From positions 5,503 through 69,502 of IMG/VR virus record IMGVR_UViG_3300042377_000359: a stretch of DNA of 64,000 nucleotides. One strand, 5' to 3'. The position numbers and the translations under genes are program-made. Shown here piece by piece: positions 18,982-25,720 of this stretch (position 1 is its first letter; every line of letters starts with the position of its first letter). This DNA is from a virus. A model generated the notes under the pieces. The model did not search any database. It was not told the DNA's origin and was given only the letters and a program-made list of their open reading frames with translations.

Positions 18982-19212
18982 TTATAGCTTACTGCTAAAA
19001 TACATTTTTAACTCTTCTACATCTATGTTGCTAAAATAATCTTCAACATATCTAAAAAATTCTGCTTGTTGCCCTTGCATGCCCTCCTCTAAATCTTCAA
19101 ACAAGATTTTAGCTTGTCTATGTTGACCGTTATTTTTGCTTTCAAGTATATACTCGAAATAGTCTTCAATCGTTTCCATTTGTAACGATTGTAATGTTAG
19201 TATTCCTACCAT
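18982..19212 (-). CDS. Hypothetical protein
   Basis: YFEYILESKNNGQ..QA pattern. Confidence 0.65.
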   Translation of the reverse strand: MVGILTLQSLQMETIEDYFEYILESKNNGQHRQAKILFEDLEEGMQGQQAEFFRYVEDYFSNIDVEELKMYFSSKL

Positions 19213-19224
19213 AACTTTGTTTTT

Positions 19225-19458
19225 TTAATTGTTTAACATTTGATTTAACTCTTTTTTAATTTCTCTTGCTTTTTCGCCTTTCCATGTTTGTGCATTGGCT
19301 AAAAAATACATGATAATTTCTCTTGCGTCATCTAAATAATATTTGTCGTTTATACTATTTAAACTGCCCATTGCCTCTAAATATGGTTCTGCCCCATAGT
19401 TTACTTTGGTCCAATCTGCGCGTATTTCTTTTGCGATTTGATAAATTAGTCTCTGCAT
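19225..19458 (-). CDS. Conserved phage hypothetical protein
   Basis: IAKEIRADW..V.YGAEPYL.AM...YFLANA.TWKGEKAREIK.EL pattern. Confidence 0.75.
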   Translation of the reverse strand: MQRLIYQIAKEIRADWTKVNYGAEPYLEAMGSLNSINDKYYLDDAREIIMYFLANAQTWKGEKAREIKKELNQMLNN

Positions 19459-19488
19459 GGTTTTTTATTTTTTTAAATTGTTTATAAT

Positions 19489-19716
19489 TTATATTTCTTC
19501 TTCTTCTTCTTGTATTCCTAAATTTTCAAATACCCATTCTGTATCAAACCATAAAATATCGTTTAGTTCTGTTTCAGATAGTCCAGATGGATATAGCTCT
19601 TCAATAAGAAAGTCAAATTCATTTTCTTTCTTATGTTTTAAAATCGTGTTTTTTGTGTCAATTGCCCCGCTCCATGCGTTGAATTCTACCAATGTGGTTT
19701 CGATGTAAATTTTCAT
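19489..19716 (-). CDS. Small acidic protein, anti-restriction candidate
   Basis: F.AWSGA.DT...ETELNDILWFD pattern, poly-Glu tail. Confidence 0.6.
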   Translation of the reverse strand: MKIYIETTLVEFNAWSGAIDTKNTILKHKKENEFDFLIEELYPSGLSETELNDILWFDTEWVFENLGIQEEEEEI

Positions 19717-19734
19717 TGTTTTGTTTCTAAATTG

Positions 19735-20169
19735 TTATAAAATATCGTTCTCACTAAATGAATAATAACTTTCTTTCGTAAGGATCACATGATCTATTAG
19801 TTTGCATTCTAATAAATCAAGCACACTTTTTAATTTCTTTGTGATTTGTTTATCGGGTTCACTTGGATGCAACGACCCACTTGGGTGATTGTGCGCAACC
19901 ATGCAAGCACTTGCTAAACTATCAATCACATACTTTGCAATTATCTTGACATCTACAACCGTTCCCACTATACCACCTTGACTAATCTTAACATAGCCTA
20001 TAGTTTGGTTTGCTCTATTTAATAGCACCAAAAAGAAGCTCTCATAAACCTCTATATCATCCCCCCAAAATTGTCGCATGTATCTTTGCGCATCGTGAGG
20101 GCTACCTATTTGTCGAACCTCTACATTTGTGGGTTCTTTCTTTAATGAATAATTTGAAATTGTCTCCAT
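19735..20169 (-). CDS. radC: RadC-like JAB domain protein
   Basis: ESFFLVLLNRAN, ISQGG, AHNHPSG..HPS..D and LIDHVI motifs. Confidence 0.92.
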   Translation of the reverse strand: METISNYSLKKEPTNVEVRQIGSPHDAQRYMRQFWGDDIEVYESFFLVLLNRANQTIGYVKISQGGIVGTVVDVKIIAKYVIDSLASACMVAHNHPSGSLHPSEPDKQITKKLKSVLDLLECKLIDHVILTKESYYSFSENDIL

Positions 20170-20171
20170 AA

Positions 20172-20336
20172 CTACATTGAATAATTTCTTTTAAAATAAA
20201 TGTATGCTTCTTTTCGGGTCATACCTATCCGATACAAACTGCATTGCGCCCGATATTCGTTCGCTCCAGTCTTTATGACATTGTCAGATTTTAGCCACCA
20301 TAAAAAATTATGGTAATTTGTTAAATCTCTTTTCAT
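20172..20336 (-). CDS. Hypothetical protein (54 aa, not in track)
   Basis: MKRDLTNYHNFLWWLKSD...RNYSM*, fills the gap. Confidence 0.6.
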   Translation of the reverse strand: MKRDLTNYHNFLWWLKSDNVIKTGANEYRAQCSLYRIGMTRKEAYIYFKRNYSM

Positions 20337-20341
20337 CTTTT

Positions 20342-20572
20342 CTATTTTTTAAATGGGGTTACTACTGCATCTTGATATCCGTCATAAAATGCGTCTTCTA
20401 TTAATTCCTTTTCCAATAATCTTGCCTTAAATAAAATCATTTCTATATCGTTATTATACGGGTTTTGAAATTCCGACAAATGCGCTATAAAAAAATCTAC
20501 TACTGATTTGTTTGGTCTTTTTAAATTTCCAACCTTGTTAGAATTTAACCATTTTATAAAATCTTCGCTCAT
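20342..20572 (-). CDS. Hypothetical protein, distant relative of the MEKQTA family
   Basis: Probable start MSEDF; KARLLEKELIEDAFYDG resembles QAKEMEKEQMKDAWDDG. Confidence 0.55.
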   Translation of the reverse strand: MSEDFIKWLNSNKVGNLKRPNKSVVDFFIAHLSEFQNPYNNDIEMILFKARLLEKELIEDAFYDGYQDAVVTPFKK

Positions 20573-20688
20573 TTGCTTAAGTACATTAATAACCAACCAT
20601 AAAACCCTACAAAAAATAGGATCACAATTCCAAAGCCTAAAATTATCTCTATAATTTCGCGCTCGTCTTCCGTGTATTTTGTCTTCAT
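20569..20688 (-). CDS. Small membrane protein (39 aa, not in track)
   Basis: MKTKYTEDEREIIEIILGFGIVILFFVGFYGWLLMYLSK*, ATGA-coupled to the next gene. Confidence 0.55.
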   Translation of the reverse strand: MKTKYTEDEREIIEIILGFGIVILFFVGFYGWLLMYLSK

Positions 20689-20689
20689 C

Positions 20690-20959
20690 TTACTTCTTTT
20701 TTGATTTGAAATATTCAAGTTCATCTGGCGCCAGCATATTTATATATGTCTCTATTTCTATCCCATTATCATAAACAATGCTATAAAGATTTGCGTTTTC
20801 ATCATTATAAACGCTCTTAACAAAATCAACAATTTCATCCATCTCGTCAAACTCTTCACTTATAGAAAAATCTTTTGCTAATTGCTCCAAATCTTCTAAA
20901 TTATCACTTGTGTATATCTCTTTATACAATGTGATTGAATACTTTTTTTCTTGTATCAT
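20690..20959 (-). CDS. Hypothetical acidic protein
   Basis: 89 aa, strongly acidic. Confidence 0.65.
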   Translation of the reverse strand: MIQEKKYSITLYKEIYTSDNLEDLEQLAKDFSISEEFDEMDEIVDFVKSVYNDENANLYSIVYDNGIEIETYINMLAPDELEYFKSKKK

Positions 20960-20979
20960 GTTTTTTTATTTATGTAAAT

Positions 20980-21028
20980 TAGCCCCTCAAATGCAATTCG
21001 ATTGCCTCCACTTTTATAGGTTTGAGGG
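20980..21028 (-). ncRNA. tRNA top-half mimic B
   Basis: CCCTCAA + 14-nt linker + AGGCA-ATCGAAT-TGCAT + TTGAGGG + G + CTA: 7-bp acceptor stem, 5-bp T-stem with one mismatch, 7-nt T-loop. Confidence 0.55.
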
Positions 21029-21032
21029 TATT

Positions 21033-21063
21033 AAAAAAGCCCCATACAAATTGCATGGGGCTT
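21033..21063 (-). terminator. Intrinsic terminator, possibly a conditional attenuator
   Basis: AAGCCCCATGC-AATTT-GTATGGGGC-TTTTTT on the minus strand. Confidence 0.8.
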
Positions 21064-21448
21064 GTTAGTTTATCACTTGTTTTAATTCACTACCTTATTA
21101 CTTTTGAGGCGCGCCAAGCCCCGCGTTTCTTGATACATTACATACCCTTACAAACGCACCGAAAAAATCTATACTTTTACAATAGATGCAAATTCGTGTT
21201 ATCCCTTGCTTGAAAATAATTAAAACGCCTTACTAACATAACTCGTCGCTATGCCGTCCTATTAAATTAATAATAGATAAGCGCCCAAAGGCTTGATTTG
21301 TGATAAGCAAAGATACGCGTTTAAGCTACGAAAATAGTCGAGGGTGTTCAAGTCTCTTAATGCTAATATGGAGCGAATAGCGTCGCATAAACTATGCCTT
21401 TCGGCTTTTCTATTTTCAGCGCCCCTTTGCCGTATGCAAAGGGTAAAA
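21064..21448 (-). ncRNA. Large structured non-coding RNA candidate
   Basis: No minus-strand ORF in the track; many hairpins and nested long-range helices, with G-U pairs that form only on the minus strand. Confidence 0.6.
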
Positions 21449-21496
21449 TTGAGGGCGTAATAGGTTGCGAGCCTATTTAATAACGCGTATACGCCC
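21449..21496 (-). ncRNA. tRNA top-half mimic A
   Basis: GGGCGTA + 13-nt linker + ATAGG-CTCGCAA-CCTAT + TACGCCC + T + CAA: perfect 7-bp and 5-bp stems with a 7-nt loop. Confidence 0.6.
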
Positions 21497-21503
21497 TATT
21501 GTA

Positions 21504-22187
21504 TTAATTTGAGCCTACAAAGGTAGTTAAGCCCAATTCCGCGCGTATAGCTTGATAATGAGCCTCGCGAGCCTCGCGCAATGATTTGCGTTCGAGGGCT
21601 TTCAATTCCGCTTGCGCGCTTGATAGGTTGCGCGCTTCGTATATTTTTTGACGCTCCTTTAAAGGCAAGGCATTAAAATTGGCTCTATTCAATTCGGCTT
21701 CAAGGCGTTTCTTTTCTTTTCTATCGGCTTCCGCTATGCAATGCGCGCCACCAATTTCTGACGGCTTCATAAGCCTATTTTCGTCAGTAATTTCTTGCGT
21801 TAATTCAAACAATGTCTGAGCCAATTCGCGCGCGCTTGTATAGTCATTATTCAAGCGAAAAGGAAAAGCGAATTTTTCAACGCCCCTAATTTCCGTTATA
21901 AATTTTTCGGCTAATACTAAGCTATCAAATTTAAAAACGGCTTCCTCGCTTTCTATTGTTATATAGATATCTTTATTTGATTTTACGCCTAAATTGCGCC
22001 CATGCTTGCGCGCTATCTTATATAGCGTGTAAAACTTGTTAACAATACCGCCTATTAATTCTTCAAGGCTAATTTCATGCGCTTGTTTAGATACCTCGAA
22101 GTTTTTTAAGGTATACTCAAAGCTTGTGTTTTTTGCGTCGTCTAATTGATAAAAAGAAACCGCGAAATTTGTTGTTAATTTTTCCAT
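21504..22187 (-). CDS. First early gene, hypothetical protein with C-terminal coiled coil
   Basis: Probable start MEKLTTNF at 22187; preceded by a TATGTTCG -7-like box (22243-22250) and a hairpin at 22217-22237; atypical GCG/CGC-rich codon use. Confidence 0.7.
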   Translation of the reverse strand: MEKLTTNFAVSFYQLDDAKNTSFEYTLKNFEVSKQAHEISLEELIGGIVNKFYTLYKIARKHGRNLGVKSNKDIYITIESEEAVFKFDSLVLAEKFITEIRGVEKFAFPFRLNNDYTSARELAQTLFELTQEITDENRLMKPSEIGGAHCIAEADRKEKKRLEAELNRANFNALPLKERQKIYEARNLSSAQAELKALERKSLREAREAHYQAIRAELGLTTFVGSN

Positions 22188-22285
22188 GATATTTATATAT
22201 ATAAAATTGTTTAAATTGATTAGCACCGCGCTAATCATAAAACGAACATAATACTATATATTTAATTTTTATACCATACTACTTA

Positions 22286-22370
22286 ATTTAGAACCAATCT
22301 AAATAGGCCAGAATCGCTGGAATAGCTATAAACACTACTATTTGAGGGCTTATTTAGAATTAATCTAACT
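22286..22370. promoter_or_regulatory. Pair of 19-bp palindromic operator-like sites
   Basis: ATTTAGA-ACCAA-TCTAAAT (22286-22304) and ATTTAGA-ATTAA-TCTAACT (22352-22370), upstream of the early promoter. Confidence 0.6.
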
Positions 22371-22676
22371 TTTATCCATACTATTAATAAAGCCTAAATA
22401 AGTAAAAATATAGCTAAAATGTAGGTATATGCAGTAAAGGTATATTTATCGTTTTTGATAGTCAATAGAGAGTAAATTTAGGCGTAAAAAAATACCACAA
22501 ATTAAGCCCAAAAAAGAGACACAAAAGAGACAAAAAACAAGGGCAAAAAATAGCTTAAAAAAAAATAGCCGTTTGCCTGGTCAACTCTTTTGATCACAAA
22601 AATTATATATATATTTTTTACATGCAAGGGGAGGGGAGGGGCTATAGTATACCAAAAAAAAGGGGCGCGAAGTTCT

Positions 22677-22704
22677 ACTTAACATAATGATAATTATAAG
22701 ACAA
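22677..22704 (-). other. Xer dif-like recombination site
   Basis: Minus strand TTGTCTTATAA-TTATCA-TTATGTTAAGT: 11-6-11 layout, XerD arm one base off E. coli TTATGTTAAAT. Confidence 0.75.
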
Positions 22705-22790
22705 AAGGAGCGCTTTGCCCTTTGCCCTATTAGCGCCAAAATTACAGGAGGGCTTGAAAAAAAATAAAGCGCTTAAAATAGGTGTACACG

Positions 22791-23145
22791 GGTAACGGGA
22801 ATTTAATTCCCATACCGACGCGCCACCCCCCGATCAGGATGGATAATCCCCACCTCTACTATTCACAACTTTTTTAAAAATTTTTTAAAATTTAAAATTG
22901 TGGAAAAACTCTACCGGTAACACGTGGTAACACAAAGTGCCCCTACATATATCTAAACCCAATATATACCAGTTACCATGTTACCAAGAAGAAAAGAGTT
23001 TTAATTTTTAATATATATAATATATATAATATAAGGGGTAATATAATAAGATATATCAAATCGCAAATTACCATGGTAACCTGGTAATTGTTGGAATGGA
23101 GCTTGGAAATGCGGATTGCGTTACCAGCAGTACCGGTCCGTTACC
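22791..23145. repeat. GGTAAC/GTTACC iteron cluster, putative replication origin
   Basis: GGTAAC at 22791, 22916, 22926, 23075; GTTACC at 22972, 22980, 23120, 23140; GGTAAT/ATTACC variants; AT-rich core near 23000-23060. Confidence 0.65.
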
Positions 23146-23215
23146 AGGTGATAAAAAAATTTTATATTACTAATATTATTATATATATTTGTGCAATCAC
23201 TAATCAGGTTAAGGT

Positions 23216-23653
23216 ATGATTGACGAAGAAGTATACGAACATAAATCTAGGAAAGATCAGGTTCGAGAATATTATGAAAAGTTTGGTGCGAGCATACCGG
23301 ATATGGTTCGCACATTTGGAATAAAGGAGCAGATGATTCGCATGCACTTGAAGGGGATATATAAATCTACTAGGAGTGTGGTGCGTAGTGAGGAGATTCT
23401 TGAGATGCACAAATTAGGGATGACGGATTATGCAATTGCAAAACACCTTGGGGTTACTAATCCAACGGTTAAATGGCACTTGGATAAACATTATGCTTTG
23501 ATGGGGATTGCTAGACCGGTAGCGAAAAGGGCTTTTATTGAAGCTGCAAGGAGAGAGATAATTAATTCGGATATGGATATACAGGATAAAATGATACAAA
23601 TTGCAGGATTAGAAAAAAAATATATAGACCAAATAAACTTATGTACACATTAA
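23216..23653 (+). CDS. HTH DNA-binding protein
   Basis: GMTDYAIAKHLGVTNPTVKWHL helix-turn-helix plus a second HTH-like segment; promoter box at 23184. Confidence 0.7.
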   Translation: MIDEEVYEHKSRKDQVREYYEKFGASIPDMVRTFGIKEQMIRMHLKGIYKSTRSVVRSEEILEMHKLGMTDYAIAKHLGVTNPTVKWHLDKHYALMGIARPVAKRAFIEAARREIINSDMDIQDKMIQIAGLEKKYIDQINLCTH

Positions 23654-23874
23654 GAGAAGTACCAAAGAGGGATCGCCTCACAAAAACGACAAATTTATTT
23701 TTAGGGGACCGATATGCTGTTTTATGGCCGGGGAATGACGAGCATAAAAAACTTGCTGGAAATTGGGATGGCATGATAATTGTTTATGATGGGAATACGG
23801 TTGTTAGACTTAACAAAGATTATAACTATTACATCATGACCCCAGGAGGGGTGACATTTGAAAAGGTGCAGTAA
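23641..23874 (+). CDS. Conserved phage hypothetical protein
   Basis: NLFLGDRY...YYIMTPGGVTFEK pattern. Confidence 0.65.
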   Translation: MYTLREVPKRDRLTKTTNLFLGDRYAVLWPGNDEHKKLAGNWDGMIIVYDGNTVVRLNKDYNYYIMTPGGVTFEKVQ

Positions 23875-23884
23875 AACTAAAAAT

Positions 23885-24088
23885 ATGACACCAACAGAAA
23901 AAGCATTAGAATTAGTAGAAAAATATTTTGATACTTGTCATAAGTCAAGCGACCTTGAATTAAGTTGGAAAGTATGCAAACAATGTGCATTAATAGCAGT
24001 AGATGAGATATTAGGTCAATTTAGATGGAGACCATCTGATGGCTTATCATATTGGGAAGAAGTTAAACAAGAAATTGATAACCTTTAA
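23885..24088 (+). CDS. Small Bacteroidota-phage protein, MTP.EKA.EL family
   Basis: MTPTEKALELVEKY...KQCALIAVDEIL...YWEEVKQEI; ATG at 23885. Confidence 0.75.
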   Translation: MTPTEKALELVEKYFDTCHKSSDLELSWKVCKQCALIAVDEILGQFRWRPSDGLSYWEEVKQEIDNL

Positions 24089-24100
24089 ACAACAAACAAA

Positions 24101-24394
24101 ATGAAAGAATTAGAATATATTTATGTGAAGAATGTAACGCATAAGTTTGAGGACAGGACAACAACGCGTAACGAGATTAAAGATATTATTGATTGGGGTG
24201 GATATTATATTGTGATTTTATATAGAAGTGAACCAATTACTTATAGTAAATCAAGTTTAACACCTTGCTTAAATTATTATCGTTGTTATGGAAATCTTAC
24301 CCCACGCAATCCTGAAAAAGATGCCTTAAAGCAACAGATAGAGGAGAAAGAAAAAGAGTTAAAAGAATTAAAAGATAAATTAAACAAATTATAA
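24101..24394 (+). CDS. Hypothetical cassette gene
   Basis: Preceded by TTAAACAACAAACAAA-ATG. Confidence 0.7.
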   Translation: MKELEYIYVKNVTHKFEDRTTTRNEIKDIIDWGGYYIVILYRSEPITYSKSSLTPCLNYYRCYGNLTPRNPEKDALKQQIEEKEKELKELKDKLNKL

Positions 24395-24412
24395 ACTTAA
24401 ACAACAAACAAA

Positions 24413-24631
24413 ATGAAAACAAAAGAAGAAATAATACAAATTATTGAAAGTAAAAAAGATGATAAATTATTTAAGCAGAAATGTAGAGAAAATTTGGTCT
24501 GCTATGTATGTGGAAATGATTTAGAGTATAAATTTGAAAAAATATCATTTTTTAATACTAACCATTATTTAATGTGTAAAGAAGATGCGGCACACTATTT
24601 AGAATTAATAACTCCAGAAAGAAAAAAATAA
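24413..24631 (+). CDS. Hypothetical cassette gene with CxxC
   Basis: Same leader as 24101; CYVCG...C...H possible zinc finger. Confidence 0.7.
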   Translation: MKTKEEIIQIIESKKDDKLFKQKCRENLVCYVCGNDLEYKFEKISFFNTNHYLMCKEDAAHYLELITPERKK

Positions 24632-24652
24632 AACATTTAAAAAATAAACAAA

Positions 24653-24790
24653 ATGAGAAAAGTATCAGTAAATGGTAAAATAGGATTCACAACATCCGTA
24701 ATACCACACAGAAGTGGTAAATATCCAATATGGTTTGAAAAGTCAGACGGGGTAGTATTTGTGCATAGCAATAAAGTTAAATTCTTATAA
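24653..24790 (+). CDS. Hypothetical cassette gene (45 aa, not in track)
   Basis: MRKVSVNGKIGF...VKFL*, after AAACATTTAAAAAATAAACAAA. Confidence 0.6.
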   Translation: MRKVSVNGKIGFTTSVIPHRSGKYPIWFEKSDGVVFVHSNKVKFL

Positions 24791-24799
24791 GTGGACAAA

Positions 24800-25069
24800 A
24801 TGGAAAAACAAACAGCAGTAGAATGGTTAATTGACCAAATATTAGTTGAATATGATACATATTTTAATGAAGAAGGAGATTTAGTTGATAAGCCAATTAA
24901 TCAATTTTTTAATGCTTATAAAAGTAGTGTTAATTTAATAGAATATGTTAAACAAGCCAAAGAAATGGAGAAGCAACAAATCATCAATTGCTATAATCAA
25001 TCGTGGCATTTTAGATATAAGCCATACGAAACAGCAGAAAAATACTACAACGAAACATTTGGAAAATAA
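24800..25069 (+). CDS. MEKQTA-family small protein, copy 1
   Basis: MEKQTAVEWL...QAKEMEKQQI...YYNETFGK. Confidence 0.75.
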   Translation: MEKQTAVEWLIDQILVEYDTYFNEEGDLVDKPINQFFNAYKSSVNLIEYVKQAKEMEKQQIINCYNQSWHFRYKPYETAEKYYNETFGK

Positions 25070-25402
25070 TTTCCAATTTTAGCGTTATGGTGGAAAAAAT
25101 AGGCGCAAAGCAAGAAAAATAGGCGCAATAGTGGAATAAACGAAATGGTATAGGCGCAATAACTTCCATTTTTAATAGAACGCAAAATAGTCAAGTGTTG
25201 GCAGTCTTATCTATCGGGGTTCGAATCCCACTAGAAACGGTGATAGAACGGATACAGGTTCGAGTCCTGTCTTGACTACAAATAAGGAAAGCAACGGGCA
25301 ACCTTATAAAAAAATGTAGCCGTATTTATACGCATTTATACAAATAATAACCCTTTAAAAGGGATAATTATATGTGTTTTTGTGCTTTATATGACAAGTT
25401 AA
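25058..25402 (+). repeat. Non-coding duplicated element, copy 1 (with tRNA-like insert)
   Basis: 25058-25139 matches 26191-26272 at 75 of 82 positions; 25318-25402 aligns with 26296-26379. Confidence 0.9.
25189..25278 (+). ncRNA. tRNA-like element (pseudo-tRNA) with two T-loops
   Basis: Acceptor AGTCAAG/CTTGACT+A and T-arm ACAGG-TTCGAGT-CCTGT; the anticodon-position stem TCTATC/GATAGA encloses a second GGG-TTCGAAT-CCC; no canonical D arm or anticodon loop. Confidence 0.65.
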
Positions 25403-25505
25403 GTGCATGAAACGTTACTAAAAAATTATGCAAACATTTAACAAGCACCAATAAAACATTTAACAAACCAAAACCTTTCGGTCTTAAGGTAAACCGAATT
25501 AAATT

Positions 25506-25697
25506 ATGAATACAACTGAAACATTAACAACTAATTGCTTACCCAAGTTTAGAGAAACTAAACAAATAAAAGGATGGTATTGTTTATCAAGTAAGACAAA
25601 AAATAATTGTACTGCTTTTGCGACTTATAATAAGCCGAATTTTATTAAGAGATTTTTAATGAAAACATTATTAGATTTTTATTGGGTAAAAGAATAA
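25506..25697 (+). CDS. Hypothetical cassette gene
   Basis: 63 aa; KPNFIKRFLMKTLLDFYW pattern. Confidence 0.65.
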   Translation: MNTTETLTTNCLPKFRETKQIKGWYCLSSKTKNNCTAFATYNKPNFIKRFLMKTLLDFYWVKE

Positions 25698-25720
25698 CTT
25701 AAACGACAAACAAAAGGGAA

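Noticed and set aside
21022-21213. 63-aa plus-strand ORF
   Set aside because: TTG start, antisense to the operon, overlaps the terminator and RNA stems; no protein features
21231-21241. Second XerD-like half site (TTATGTTAGTA, minus)
   Set aside because: No XerC arm at 6-bp spacing; better explained as a stem of the structured RNA
21308-21315. TATCTTTG promoter box inside the structured RNA (minus)
   Set aside because: Not called as a feature because these bases form a long-range helix and the -33 element is weak; an internal start cannot be excluded
21330-21417. Hammerhead ribozyme in the GAAA-containing multiloop
   Set aside because: No CUGAnGA core found on either strand
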